Assembly (NCBI RefSeq): GCF_009914755.1
Contig: NC_060925.1
Source: the human T2T-CHM13v2.0 reference genome, Homo sapiens
Reading direction: 5' to 3' (one strand)
DNA length: 64,000 nt
Shown here: in pieces, positions 42,751-58,419 of the stretch
Position numbering within the stretch: the stretch's first letter is position 1
How the letters are laid out: the number at the start of each line of letters is the position of its first letter
Made by a program: the position numbers and the translations under genes
Notes under the pieces: model-generated
Database searches by the model: none
What the model was told of the DNA's origin: nothing
Seen by the model: the letters and a program-made list of their open reading frames with translations, nothing else

Positions 42751-45399
42751 GTCTGCAGGGTCTTTGCTCTTGTTGATTATGTTACAACCATCTCAAAAGA
42801 AGTGTTGTTCTAGGGCCATTTAGGATGATACACTGATGTTTAATACACTTATGTGTTACATTTTGATGTGTGGTATTGTTGTGGGGAGTAGCTAGCTGTG
42901 TGTGGAAACGGACTTTTCATGAGGCATGCATGTGTGAACACTGTAATTAGTATTTCCAAGAGAGAAAAGCAACCCCCTCCCCCGCCCCCGCCAACACCCC
43001 AACACTGTACCTACCCGGAGACTTTGCTCGTGACACATTTTTTTTTCCCCATAGGAGAGAATGTTAAAGTAGGGCCATCTCTTAGATGAAAGTCCTAGAG
43101 GCTTTGGGACATATGAAGACTGGTCAGATGCTATTGAGCATTTCTCACCTTTGATCCTCTGTTCTGAGGAATTCTTGATAGCCTAGGACTAATCTATAGT
43201 TCTCAGAGGGGCCAGTTGTCTTGTTGCCTCCTGTTCTCGCCTCCGCCTGCCTGTCTCCCTGGCTCTGAGTCTCTGGTGATATGTACTGGCTCACCGTCAG
43301 GTGTTGGGGGATGGGGAGGCGGCTGTGCAGCTGCCGCCGAGCTGCTCACTTGGTAGGAGAAGTGTGCCACTAAGTGAAAATGAGGCTTGGCGACTGCCCT
43401 GTGACCCACTGCCCTCTGTACCTTGCCCTTCCCTGTGGGTGGCAGAGCTAGACAGCCATTCTCATCCTGGAAACGCTGGTTTTAAGGGAGAGGCCAGTCT
43501 TCTTGTGTTTGCTGCACCCATCCTGACTTGGAAGGAAGGTCTTTGGTGACTCCATGAATGGCACCCAGGGGTCCAGTCTTCAAGTTCCATTGCTTTCTCT
43601 GGCCTGTGGCTCATGACTAATTCCACCCCAACCTTGTCTCAGACTGGGGTCCCACTCACCACCAGGGCGTGAGCTTTTGGGGAACCCTCCCTGCTTGTCA
43701 GCCCTTCTTTTGGAGGAGTAACCAGGACCCCCAGACCCCACTTTTAGATATCCGGGTTCAATATAACACATAGAACTTTCCCCTCTTCTTCTGGGCAAGC
43801 TTGAGATGGTGTTTTTCATGAAAAGGGCCAGCTGAGGGATCGTTTCAGAGAAGCCCAGGTTGGCTACACTTTCCTTAGGATGAGACTGGGACATGGAAAG
43901 TGGGAGGAGAAGGAGCAGTTGGGTTTGGCCCTTGCAGGCAGTATTTTCCTCTGGACTAGGAGATCCTCTGCACAGTGCCAGGCCTCACACTGCATGTAAT
44001 TAGGCTTCTAATGCCATTTTCTATTGACAAGGGCAAGCTGCTGCCAAGTCACTTGAGATGAAATTGGGTCACCTGTCACAATTCCTGTGGGACTGAGGTA
44101 GAACTGTGCTTACTACACACTTTGCCCTATTTTAACCTCTGACTGGATCTGATCCCATATCTTAGCTGGAGGAGGAGATGAGGGAGGAGCGGGGGCCTCT
44201 CAGAGCCACTCTGATCCTCATAGGGTGGGAACTTGGCCCGGGGATGCCTTGCTTAACCTAGCGGGGAGTTTCTTAACAGAGGTCAGAGTGAATCTTTTAT
44301 CCCTTTCTAAGTCCAATTTGTAGGACATGGGGAAGACAGTGACCCCAAATTCCCAGTGTGGGAGACATGAGAGAGGCCTCATTTGTCACTCTGAGTCAGG
44401 AGGAGGAACGGGCAGTTATTTGTCTTCTCTCAGAAAGCCACGCTGTCTAGTTGATAGCTCTTCTCTGAGAATGGAAATAAGGAGAGCTGTCCAGAGATTG
44501 AGTGAGGGAGGAGAGGGAGAGAAAAGAAAGTGCTTTTGAGTGTGTGCATGCATGCTCATACATTCACGTGCTTAACTTAGGAGGCAATTTCGGAGGAAAC
44601 AGAGAGAAAGAAATTAGAACAAGCAGGAAGAGTTCCAAGATGGGGGAGAAAGGGGCATAACATGGACAAAAGCCTGCCTAAAGAAGCAGTGAATGGACCA
44701 CATGCAATTGGGGAGACAGAAGCAGAAGAAAAAGGGGAGGGTGGGGTGGGGGAGAAAGCAGGTGGGGGCTGGGAAGTTCTGCCTATGTGCATTGTCTTCC
44801 AGGTGCTTTTGTAAGCCTGAGCCATGCCCAAGGCAGCACTGGCAGCTCAAGCTCAGGCCAAACACACACGAGAAGAGTATCGTATTGTGTTTCCTTTTCT
44901 TCGTGTTTTTGAAACAGGAATAAAAACTACCAAAAGAGAAACACAGGAAAAAAAAATAGAAAGGGAAAAAAATCTATTCAAGGAGGCATGAAGATTTAAT
45001 CAACACCCAGTGTTCTTAGCAGGTCGGGAGCAAGCACAAATCGTATTGTCTATGCAGCTATTTCTGACACCCCCCAGCAGCCCTCAGAGCAACCTCTGCC
45101 ACTGCCCAGAGTCTGGGAGGCAGTTCCTGGGTTCCAGTGTCCTGGGCTATTTTGGGTGGGAAGAATTGCTGAGCCAGTCAAGGGAATGGGGTACAGGGTG
45201 TGTCATCTTCTTGAGGAGCTTCTCAGCATATAGAGATTTCCGGCTTTACATGGTAGGTATTTGTCCAGATGGAGATTTTGGCATTGACATTTATCCTAAT
45301 GTGCTGGATATAAACTTGGGGGTAATTCGGGAATTTAAAACTCAGCCATGTTACCTTCAGTACAGTATATGGATCAATCTCTTCTGCTTTATCTCTCAG

Positions 45400-46585
45400 T
45401 GGCATTCAACACGGTTGCTTTCTCTCTCTTTAAAATTCATGACTTTGGTGCCATTACACCGTCCTGTTTCCATCCGTCTTTCTGGTTGCTTCTTCTCCTT
45501 TGGGGCTCTCATTTATTCTCACTCCCTCTCCTTCTAGGAGATCTTTTTGAAGTCTCTTGACTATACACCAATGAGTTGAATTTCTATTTCCAGCCCAGAA
45601 CTCTCTTCTGAGCTCCAGACTCATATCTAATCAGCTACTGTTAGCACCGTTCTAAATACCTGAGACTACCAAGCCTTCAACTGAGGGCTTGATCCCTCTG
45701 TTGTTCTCTTTCCCACCTGCCTGTCCTAGTAAAACAGCTCTACCACCTACGGAGTTGCCCAAGCCAAAAACCTCACATTGTCCTTCTTTTTCCCTACTCC
45801 TTCACCCTCTTGTTTTCTGTCTGCCATCAAACAGCAGGTCGTATGGATGCTACCTCCAAAATATATCCCCGGCTGCGCCCAGTCCTCCCTCCCCATTACA
45901 TCTACCCTGACCTGGCCACCATCTTCTTTGCCCCTGATGACTGCAGCAGCCTCTTGACTGTCTTTCCAGCTTTCTTCCTTATTTCTCTTCAATCCATTCT
46001 CTACTCCATGGCCAGAAGGATTTTTAAACAATGCAAATGTCCTATGTCACTTCCCTTTTTATAAAACCCTTTACTGGATTCATTTGAAATACAGACCCAA
46101 AGCTAACATGATCCATAAGACGAGTGGCCTCTGCCAGCCTTTCCAGCCTTGCCCTTGTTTTACCCATGCTGGCTTGTGTCAGAATCAGCCCCCAACCCGA
46201 CTCCATCAACCTCAGAACCTTTGGACATGCTGTCCTGCATGCATGAGGGTTTCTTCCTTCGGCGGCCCCTCCCATTTGGGCTAATTCCTACTTATTGTTT
46301 CCATCTCAGTGTAAAGGACATATCCTCTGGAAAATCCACTCTGATCATTGACCCTAAACAAAGTCAGTCCCTCTCAGAAATCACACTCATGACCCTTTCA
46401 ATTTTTCTTTGGAATACTTACCACCATTGTAACACTCCAGTTGTTTTTGGAATGTTTAATACCATTCTACCTACTAAACCTAAGCTCCATGAGAGCAGGG
46501 CCATGTCTGTCCTGTTCACTGTGGTGTCTCCAGGATATGGCACCCTGGATGGTCCATCGTAGAGGTTGAATAAATGAGTGAATCT
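45400..46585 (+). mobile_element. L2 relic
   Basis: ccagcccagaactctcttctgagctccagac...taagctccatgagagcaggg...gttgaataaatgagtgaat. Confidence 0.78.
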
Positions 46586-49500
46586 ATCTCGAACACTTTT
46601 GTGCCTAGGGCTTTGATTCAAGCACAAGGTGAGAGTGGAGCAGGGTGGGATGTTCTAAAAGACAGAATAAAGAATTCTTGTCCTTAAGGCCCCTCCTACC
46701 TAGTCCTGTTCTGTTTTGTGTTATGATTATCAGCTATGTGTATATAAACTTTCACCAAATAAAGATTGTTGCTTTTTGAGGATTACGTCTTAAATTTTGT
46801 TGTCACACTCACTAGGTTTCATTTCCTTGGATGTTTTATAGACATGTATGTACCTTTCAGTCCCTGTCTAGGTGGATGCACCTTCCTCCCCTTCCCACTG
46901 GTCTGTATCCTTGCGATCCCAGCGTGTGCGGTAGCCTGAACTGCTTGAGTTATGACAGCCTAAGAGCTGGGCGTTCCTGGCCATGGCTCTTATTCTCTAG
47001 AAGCTTCAGCCTTTCTGCAAAATGCGAATGAGATTATTAATGGTAATAATACCTTGTCTATCTTTCAGGGTTGTTGTGAGGAAAAGATGAGTTCATTTAT
47101 GTCAAATACTTTGAAAACTACAAAGCTCCATGAGAGTGTTGGAATTAAGTAAGGATGCTGGGGAGTGACGAGAGATGAGCAATTGCTCTTAACTACAGAG
47201 AAGAAAGTTTCCTGCAGGAGGTGGAGATTAGGAATGAGGCTGGAAAGATGGTGTTTCAGGCAGCATCCTGGCAGGAAATGGAAGGCAACTTCAGCTGGGT
47301 TTTGAAGAGGGTTTAGTAATGGTACCATTTCAGGGATGTGGACAGGAATATGGGACTGAGAAGCCATACTTAGACCCTGGGGATTAGCTATTGTGGGATG
47401 TCATTTCTAGTCCTGGGCCTGAAGGAGCAAGGTGAGGAAATGAGGTTGTTAGAGCCTGGTGAGGAAGGAAGAGGGGCTGCCTGACCGTGACCACAGAGGG
47501 ACCTCAACCTGCCTGAATTGCCACACTGATGCTTCTGGTGCCACCTCTTAGAAACTAGAGGGCTAGGGAGCTGGGTGATGCAGTTTGTAGGGCCTCACAT
47601 CTCAGGGCACAGAGAAGGGTGGAAAGTAGGTGAGGGAGGGGCAGGTAAGTGGAGAATAACCAGTGTGGATGGGTATTATTTGGGAAGACAGGGAGGAGCG
47701 AGGAACGATGAGGATATCCAGGTAAGGATAGTGATGGGAGAAAAAGCAGAAAGGCTGGAGAATACCTATGGAGCAGTTGAAGAAATTAGTGGGAAATAGG
47801 ATTTAAGAAGTTGGCAGGAATGACCAAACCATGATTGTCAGGCTTGGAAGACTGGGCTTTATCCTGCAGACAAGGGGGGCTACAGCAGTTGTTTCCACAG
47901 AGGAGATCCATTATGAAAACTGTCTGGAGAAATGGTTTGGGCAGAGGTATGTGAGTAGAGGGAGGCAAGGAATGACCAGAACACTGTTGTGACCACCGGT
48001 GAGAATGGAGAGCGCTGGGTGAACACAAGAACCATTGGGAATGGATGAGACTGAATGCAAGGGCATGTCTACAGGAGACCCCAGGGCACAGAGAAGCCCC
48101 AAGCCTGGCATTTCTGAGCAGGATTGCTTTGCTCGATGCCACCTTCTCCCTCTCCTCTATTCTAGTCATGTGCCAGGGCTTTGTGACCCGTGCTTTTCTG
48201 TTCTTTTCCTTGGGACATCTCTGCTACTGTCACTGCTGCCTCTTCCCTTATTTCTGAAGGTTTCTTCCACATTTCTCCTTATTGATTGTATATTATTACT
48301 GCAACTCATGAATGACCGTCAGAGGTTTCTGAGCCTACAGGGCTGGGGCAGGGGTGTCTCCTGACCATTTCAATCTTCTGCCACAGCCTGGACCACACAG
48401 ACAGCTTTAGCATCAGAAGAGATGGCCACACCCAGAGCTGGGCCCCCAGTATCCACAAAGGAAAGTTCAGCTTAGGAAGAAGAAATGGGGAGAGAACATT
48501 TTTCTTCCTTAGCACCTGAATGAATGCTTTGCCCAGCAGGGCTACCTCCCGCCAGTCTCTACCTTTGTTGTAATGCCAATTCTTATTTAATGTCTGCCAA
48601 ACACAAAAGGTCCATCAGGATCACGTGGAAAGAAAGTGAAATGCTGGCGGTGCCCCCTGGGTGTAGGCCTGAAATAAGATGAACAGGAAATAAAACATAA
48701 CTGCAGGGAAGGCGGGCCCTAGACAAAGAATGGCAGTGGGCTTGCTTGTTCCTCCTCTTTGCTCCCTTCCTTTCAAGCCTCTTGCTTTGAGAGGGAGAGG
48801 CTTGTGTGTGTTTTGTATGGGTTGGTAGTGTGAGAAGGAAGTCAAGATGTTTGGGAAGGATGAATTTTGAGGGAGGATGTTAAACAGAAGAACAGCCAAG
48901 TATGGGGAAGGATTGGGAATAATGGCCCTAAATGTGGCAGAGTAGAAAGAGAAGGAAAAGAACAGAGTGAAAAGGCACACCGGTTTCAGTGTGGCAGAAG
49001 GAGCTCAAACACAGGGTGGGGAGTTGATGAGGGCTTTGCTTGGCTATTTGTGTGCAAGTTATGAGAAAATTGCTAATAAACCAATGCAAATCATCATTTA
49101 TTCATGTCATTAAGCACTATGTTTAGCTCCTTCGTGCATTATCTTATTCTCACAGCAGTTGTGTGAGCTAGAACTCTATTTTCTATGATTTGCCTAGATT
49201 TGTAGATGACTAAACTAAGGCTGAACATGAGTAACTTGCCCATACAGCTGACAAGCAGTACGCTGGATCTGAAACTCAAGTGGGCAAAACCAGGATGGTC
49301 AAGGGAGTGTTCCTTCTGGACATAGCTCCTAGGCATTAACTCCCAGCATATTGGCTGGAGTTAGAGAAGTATTGCCAGGACAGAGCACATCTCCATCTTC
49401 CTCTGTCTCCCCATCCCATGTCTTGTTATCCAGTTTTGTGGCCCCTGGACACCAACACAGTATTCATTGGATGGTGAAGAACGGTGGGAAAAGCCTGGTC

Positions 49501-52500
49501 CATTTGGTGTGCACAAAACATCTTCCTGACCTCTTACTGTAAAAGCCATGACAGTTTGCTCCCTATGTTGTACAAGAGAAAGGATAAAAGCCTTTTGCCT
49601 CCAGTGTTACAGAGAGAGTCTGTAGACTGGGCATACTTCCTGAAGGCAAGTCTTTTCACAGTCCCTGCACATAAGTACCAATTAGATAATTTTTCCAGCC
49701 ATTTCCTCATTCCCATCCCAATAATAAACCAATAATCTAAACATACTAAGGTTGAGAACGCTCCTCCCAAATATCTTGGGTAATTGGATGATCTACAGAA
49801 CGTATATGAGGACTTGTTGGGTGATGCCCAAGTGCTATGTCTTTGTCTGCAGCACTTTCTACTTTGCGTGGTCTATAAAAGACAGCTACAGAATACAGTG
49901 TGGTCTGTCTTTGGCTTTGAAGTTGGACATGCTGAATATTATTAATTATTCCTTGCAATACAGCAAAAAGTTCTGATCCAAACATTGTTTCTTATGCTTA
50001 AGTTTGTTGAAAAATTTGAAATCAGGCCTTGTGAATTTGATCATCTAAGGTCTTATTTGCAGAGACATGTACTTACTCAGGTAGTAATGTCAATAGAGAT
50101 GTCCTGAGGCTCAAGAAATCCCTGTTTGCATTGTGGTGAGCTCCTCAGCCACATTGGAGCATCTTGGGTGGTTCCAATGAGGACTTTTGAGGACCAGCTC
50201 AGCCCCATGCACAACAGCATGCAGTTTTGCTCTAATATAAATAAAAACAATGGAAGTAGCTATTTTTATTGGACTTTTACTATTATAATATGTGCTAGGC
50301 ACTATGTAGAGGGCTTAAGTTCATTATTTCCAACTCTTACAACTTTGCAATCTAACATTACTACAATTTTTTTTTCTTAAGATGGGGAAACAGAAGAGTT
50401 AATAACTCACCAAAGTCACAGCTCAGTCCATGATCTTAGCCTCTACCAGTTCTGAAAGACATGCCTCCTGCTGTGTAGTAGTTCCAACAGGGCATGGTTC
50501 TGATACTAATCCATTTCCATGATTATGAACAAGCAAGGCCTTGGCAAAATTGTGAGATAGTAAGGCATGCCTTCTAGCTGCCAGCCCTTTTGTCCTTTCC
50601 CTTAGAACCTTTCGTAAAATTCTCCACCCCCATCACCACCATCAACACACTTCTACCTCTCACTGTCTCCACTAGCAAATTCTTTTCCCCATTGATTCCT
50701 TCATTCATTTCGTCAACTGATCTTTATTGCATGCTGACTATGTGCTAGGTACCATGGTGGGCACTGCTCTAAGGAAAGATTCTAATTTCAGTTACTTCCA
50801 TTTTTGCTTGATTTTTAAGTCAGTGTTTTTTTTTTTTTCTCAGAAGCAATTCATTCTGAGTGCTTACCTCTAATCAGAGAATGAAAAACCTTGTCAATTA
50901 TCAAAAGAATGTGAGACATTAGCAGGCAGATGGTGGGTTTTGGGCAGGTGCACCTCTACTGTCAAGACAGTTGCCATTCTTCCTCAAGGATAAGATAGAC
51001 CTGAGGTACACAGAAGTGAGTTCATGCATGATGTGGATCTACCTCCAGAGGCCCTATCCCACTAGATAATTTGTAGATTCAATAGGGGAAGGGTGCTTCC
51101 TGACTTAGAAAGCAGATCTCAGCCTCTGACCCTATCCTTGCACTGTGGCTGAGTTATGTTTACTGCCATAGTTACTATAGTGTATTTAAAGCTATAATAT
51201 TGAAAGACCCTATGGTTGGCAGATTTCTTCTTGGGCAACAGGCTTATGTTACAGTTCTTAGATAAAGACCACTTGTATATGATCATTCTAGTATGCAACC
51301 AACTCTCTGTGATCATCTCTGATGAAATTCTAGTTGAGAATAAACTTTTCCCTTGATACATACAGAAGGCAAAAAAGATATTCTCTAAAAAAACACGCAA
51401 GAGAAGATTTCCATCTGAAGGCCAATGCACCAATGCACCTAAGAGCAGAGACTGTCAAGTCACCCTACAGAGTCTTCCTGTCCCAGGAGAAAACACGACA
51501 CTTGAGATTACCATACCCAAAAAAGGATGACCCTCTCATGGCCTGGCCACCTATGGAAGCAAGGGAAAGAGCACCAGAGGAAAGAATAGGTAGGACCCAT
51601 CCCAACATCTGTAGGGAAGAGGGAGCTCCGTCCAAGGGCTGGACTTTCAGGTCTCTCTGGAGGGGAGCAGGCTGAACCATGCTACTGCAGCCTAATGCCA
51701 CTGACTATCTCAGTCACGTGATGCACTCTCCTTGCTCTGATCCATCTTCCAATCACAAATTGACTTCCCAGGAGGCTTGCCTGTGAGAGGGTGATGGGTT
51801 TACCTGAGCTCATGTGGGCCCTGGTCTTTGCAAGGTTTTATTTTTCATTGGAATGCTCAGGTGTAGTGAGTTCGACCTGAGAAACAATCAACTGTCAGGG
51901 CTGATCAATCAGGTTTGTGAGCAACTGACATTGAGGGCTGGACTCTGGAGTAGATAGAGTTTACTCAGGAAAGCCTCTCACTAGAGGCTTCCTGGGAGAA
52001 TGCTGTCTGGCCTGTAGGCAATAGTCCTTGATGCCATTCCTTTTCCAGTTTGGTGATACTTGACTCTGAGTTTTCTTTAAGGCAGCTGGGACAGTTCCAT
52101 GGAGGGTAGACTCATGCACAGAGATATCATATTCATAACGGCTCTTTGCTATACAGCTACTGCAATCTACAATCCCACACAAGATACCCCCTCCTTCAGT
52201 TTTTGAGTACACATATAACTGTCAGGTTGACTGAATAAGTTTGCCTATCCTGAGGTCATAAAGACAGTCTCCTGTTTTATTTTCTAGAAGTTTTATTGGT
52301 TTATTTTTCACATTTAGTTTCCAATCCACCTGGAATTGATTTTTATGTGTGTTGTGAGCAGGAGTTAAGATTTATTTTTTTATGTGGACATCCAATTGAC
52401 CTAGCACTATTTATTACAAGTTTTTATTTTCTCTGTTACTGTCTGTCACCTTTATCATAACCATATCCTGACCACGTGTGTATGAGTTTGCTTCCGGACT

Positions 52501-52661
52501 CTGTTCTATTCCATTGTATCTCTTTGTATCAAATACCACACAGTTTCTTAATAACTGTAGCTTTATAATAAAAGTCATGTGGTGATGTAATTTTTCTAAA
52601 TTTGTTCTCTATTTTCAGGTTTGTCTTGGTTATTTTGTTTTCTTCTCAGCATTTATGTATA

Positions 52662-54395
52662 CATTTAGCCTTTAAAAAACATGAGGGCTAGGAGTGCTGA
52701 CCACCTCCTGGGCAAAAATCCACATATAACTTTTGAGACCCCCCAAACTTAACTACTAATAGCCTACTATGGGCTGGAAGCGTTACTGATAACGTAAGCT
52801 GTCCATTAATACATATTTTATATAATATATGTGTTATATACTGTATTCTTAAGATAGCTAGAGAAAAGAAAATCATAAGGAAGAGAACATATTTACTATG
52901 ATTAAGCCTAAGTGGATCATCATAAAAGTCTTCATTCTCTTCATTTTCACATTGAGTAGGCTGAGGAGGAGGAGGTTCTTGTTGTCCAGGCCTTCTTATT
53001 GTACAACCAAAAGACTGGCAGCTGGTGTTTATCTTTTCCCTTCAAGGCTTGGGGGTTAGCAACTTTATGGGTACTTTATCAGGAAGGTCCTGATCATAAA
53101 CCTAACTGCATTTGCACAAAACAGTAGAGTTAGCCTATTCCTTCCAGCCTTAAATCCTGGTGCTCACTTCTCTCCCTTACTAATAAATGTCCTTTGTGGC
53201 ATATTTTTTTCCCAAAATAGGGCACTTTGTCTGCATTAAAACCACTTAAGGTAGACATCTTTCCTCCTCGATGATGTTTTTTCACTGGTGCCTGGGAACT
53301 CCTCTGCTGCCTCTTGGTTGGTAGCAGCTGCTTCTCCTGTTAGCTTGACATTTTTTTAAGCCAAATATCTTTCTAAAATTATCAAACCATCCTTTGCTGG
53401 CATTAAAGTCTCCAGCTTTAGATAATTCACATTCCTTTTCCTTTGTCATATAATGACTTCAATTTTTTTCAAATCAAATTAGTCTATAGGTATGCCTTGC
53501 TTATAGCAATCCTGCACCCATGTAAAAGCTGCATTTTTAATATGAGATAAAAAGATATTTCACAAAAAGTATAATGTTTTTGTACCTGCTGACGTAGCTG
53601 CTACAACTACTTCGCAATTTTCTTTTCTTTTCTTTTTTTTCTTTTTTACAATGATCCACATGTTGGATTCATTTGTCTTGAAATAGCAGGTAGCCACAGC
53701 TGTAGGCCTCAATTTATGGCAAATATCAAGCAATTTAACTTTTTCTTATACTGTCATGACCTTTCTCTACTTCTTGGGAACACTTCCAGCATCACTAGTA
53801 GTGACATTTCTTATGGGCCCCATGATGTTATTCAAGGTTTACAGTATTGCTCTAAACACAGTGAAAACTATGCAAGAACCATGAGAGATCACTTTTTACT
53901 ACAGCATGCAATTTACTGGAGACAATTGCTCACTCAGAGATGATTATTGTCACATGGTGTTTGAAGCAGATACTTGCAACACTTGAGCTCATTGCAATAG
54001 CAACAGGAGGTGGCTACAAAAATATAGGCAGTAGTACAGTTACACATGCAGTTAATTTTATGCAGTTATGCTTTATACTGCATCTCTACATTTGTTTACA
54101 TTTCTCTTAACTAAATGGTATCATGTACAGTCTGTAAATGTGTGGATAAGTTTTGATACATTTTAACTTTTTATAATCTGTATATTTTATGGTAGTAAAT
54201 GATATAGATTAATATCTACATATATTTTGTGCATTCATGACATACCTAACTTTGATATTTCTAGGTTACACAGTTCTGTAAGTTTTTTCAAATTGTTGCA
54301 AACGTCCAAATTTTTTTTCCAATATATTTATTGAAAATAATCTGCATATAAGTGGACCCATGCAGTTCAAACATGTGTTGTTCAAGGATCAGTTG
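52662..54395 (-). mobile_element. Tigger2 DNA transposon, internally deleted, both ends retained
   Basis: Left end ...aaaatccacatataactttt...cttaactactaatagcctact; right end gttgttcaaggatcagttg|ta. The internal antisense sequence translates to RLTLLFCANAV, a pogo transposase motif. Confidence 0.85.
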
Positions 54396-54617
54396 TATGT
54401 ACTTTAGAATTATCCTGTCAATTTTTACTAAAAAAACTCTTGCTAGGGTTTTGATTGGGACTGCATTGAATCTATAGAATATTGGGGAGAATTGACATCT
54501 TTATAATAATATTGAGTTTTCTCATTCATGCAGGTAATATAGTCATCCATTCATTATATACTTTTTCTCATTAAAGTTTTATACTATTTTGTGTAGAGGT
54601 CTGATATATCTTTTATT

Positions 54618-54910
54618 TTATTCTATTTTTTGAGATGGAGTCTCACTCTGTCACCCAGGCTGGAGTGCAGTGGTGCGATCTCGGCTCACTGCAACCTCTG
54701 CCTCCCGGGTTCGAGCAATTCTCTGTCTCAGCCTCTGGAGTAGCTGGGATTACAGGCACCTGCCACCACGCCTGGCTAATTTTTGTATTTTTAGTCGAGA
54801 TGTGGTTTCACCATCTTGGCCAGGCTGGTCTTGAACTCCTGAGCTCATGATCTGCTCGCCTCGGCCTCCTAAAGTGCTGGGATTACAGGTGTGAGCCACC
54901 ATGCCTGGCT
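54618..54910 (-). mobile_element. AluS
   Basis: Antisense Alu with a perfect 15-bp TSD gatatatcttttatt (54603-54617 and 54911-54925). Confidence 0.95.
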
Positions 54911-55844
54911 GATATATCTTTTATTAAACTCATTTTGATGCTATCATAATTGGCATTATTTTTAAAGTTCTGTTTTCTAGTTTTTGTTGCCAGTATATAA
55001 ATATACACATTAATTTAGCCATATTCAGCTATCTTGATAAATTCACTTACCAATTTTAGTAGTGTATCTGAAGATTCTTTTGGATTTTCTATATATATAA
55101 TCCTGTCATCTGTGAATAATGGTAGTTTAATTTTTCATTTTCAATTCTTATTCCCTTTTTATTTCTCTTATCTTATTATACTGGCTAGGACCTTGTTATA
55201 AATTAAATAGAAGTGGCAATAATGGAATTCTTATCTCATTCACAGTCTCAATGGAAAAGTTTCACTGTTTTCTCATTAAACATGATCTTTGCTGTAGGTT
55301 TTTTATAGACACCCTTTTTAGGACTAAGAAAGTTTCCTTCTATTCCTAATTTGTTAGGTGTTTTTAATAAACACAAGTTGAACTTTACTAAATTTTTTTT
55401 CTGCAGCTATTGCACTGATCATGATTTTCCTCCTATATTCTTTTAATATAGTGAATCACATTGATTTTTCATTGCAACCTTGGAGTGACATCACCTTTGT
55501 TGTGATATGTTTTTTCTATATCATTGGGTTTGATTTTTTACGATTGCATTATCTGTTTTCACAATAGAAACTGGCCTATAATTTGCTTTTCTTGCAATGC
55601 TCTTGTGAAGTTTTGATATTAAGGTTAGGTTTCCTTAATGAAACAAGCTAGATATGCTGTCTTTTTCTACTCTTTGGAAGATTTTGTAAGATTGAAGTAT
55701 TTTCTTCCTTAGAGTTCACCCATGGAGATATCTGGGCTTGGAGGTTTTTTGTTTGTTTGTTTGTTTTGTTTTGTTTTTTTTGTTTTTTATTGTGGTTTCT
55801 ACCAAGTTGTAATTTAACACAGTGGAGAATCAATCTGTTATTTA

Positions 55845-56197
<353 letters not shown>

Positions 56198-57706
56198 TCA
56201 ATGCAGAAAAAAATTTAATGAGGTTCAAACTTTCTTTGTTTTGTCTTTTTTATGTCTCTTATAAGTTACAGATTTAATTTCTTTGAAAGAGAACCATTAA
56301 GCTTTTCTACTTCTTGTGTCAATTACTGTAAGTTATTTTTTGAAGTAATTTATCCATTGCATTCTTATTTTCAAATTTAGTTGCATAAAGCTCATAATGT
56401 CTCCTTATTATCTTTTAAAACATTCATAGGATCTGTAGTGATGTCCTTTTTTCATTCCTGATGGTGATAATCTCTGCTTTCTCCCTCTTATTTATTTATA
56501 TCTATTAGTCTTGCTAGAAGTTTATCAAATTCATTAGTCTTCTCAAAGAACCAATTTTTGGTTTTGTTGATTTTTCTGGATTGTAAATTTATTTTTGTTT
56601 TTATTTATGTTCTTTATTTCCTTCTAAATTTGAGGGGTTTAATATGCTGTTCTGTTTCAAACTTTTCCATGCATATCTTTATATTTAAGGTGTATTTCTT
56701 ATGAGCAGCATTTTTTTTTTTTCCTAGTGGGAGTTGTTAGTGTGTGTTTTGCTCATCATGGTATTTTGTACCTGGAATAGTAGCTGGAACATCCTAAGTC
56801 TTCCGCCAGAAAATATTGAATGAACGAGAGAATGAGCACTGAGGTCTTTGTCAAGGGTGGAAGGTGGGACAGAGATCATCAGGAATCTGAGTTTGTCCTG
56901 CAACAAGTGAATCGGTGCAACTCCCTTGAGGACTTTTGTTCTCTGTGTATTCCCTATCTGACGATGATTTAGCCAGTCTTCATGCTTATCTGTTTCATGC
57001 CAATCCCCCTATCAAGAACTTCTGCTTTCCTTCTTCCCACCTCCATCACTCACAATTATAGCAGTGAGGGGTGCCACAAGCTTAAGTATATAGCATGTTC
57101 TTTGCCAACATTCCCAACAACCCCTCCTTTTCAATGTTCTCTCACAGAAAGATTGCCTCCCACACCTCTCTTCATTACAAAAGAGCCCAAATGACTCCTG
57201 GTATTTTAAGGGGCGCAAAGTTATGACAGTGACAGAGCGATGTGGTATTAGCAAAATGACTCCGTTGGATGTGCCATTAGGGCTTTGCATGTCATCTGGG
57301 TGACTGCTGTTTTGTCCACATTTAGCTGGGTGAGCCCCAGAGCTGAAGGAGTTTATTTTCGGTGTAGGAAGAAAAGCTTTTTGGATTTGCCTGTCGGTTC
57401 CTTTTATTTTTTTCAAAGACTCCAAAGTTGATATGGCTTTTTCCCCCTGCCTTGCTTCAGAGGCCCAAAGATGTAGACAATGAGTCTCTGCATGACATTT
57501 AATTCGCCTACGGTGCTGTTTTGAATGTTACAGATGAACCAACTATGAATTGGCTGTATGTCTGTATTTATATGAATATGTGAGACAAGGGGACTAGATG
57601 AACTAGAGAGAAGCATTCTTGGGAAGAATAAGAAGACACCAGCGAAGAGATGGTGGTGGGCATGGCAGATGAGAGTCACAGTGGTAGAGGGGACTTCAAG
57701 AGATCA

Positions 57707-58133
<427 letters not shown>

Positions 58134-58419
58134 CTAGCCTGTGAATTTCAAAGGTCAAAGACTATATTGACGTTGATCACTGTTGTATTCCCAGCACCTA
58201 ATTCAGTGAGTAGTACAGGGTAGGTGCTCAATAAATATTTGCTGAGTAAACACCAAATATATACCTACAGCTGCTGAAAATTCATTTATGTTACACTTTA
58301 AGTTGTTCTCCAGAGCATCTGGTTAATCTGGCTCTAAAGTACTACAAAAATTATCAGTTTTTAAATTCATAGATACATGATAACAAGTAAAATAAATGGA
58401 TTTCAGTTTATTAGATGAG

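Noticed and set aside
45010-45537. 175-aa ORF
   Set aside because: GTG start, runs into an L2 relic, no recognisable motif.
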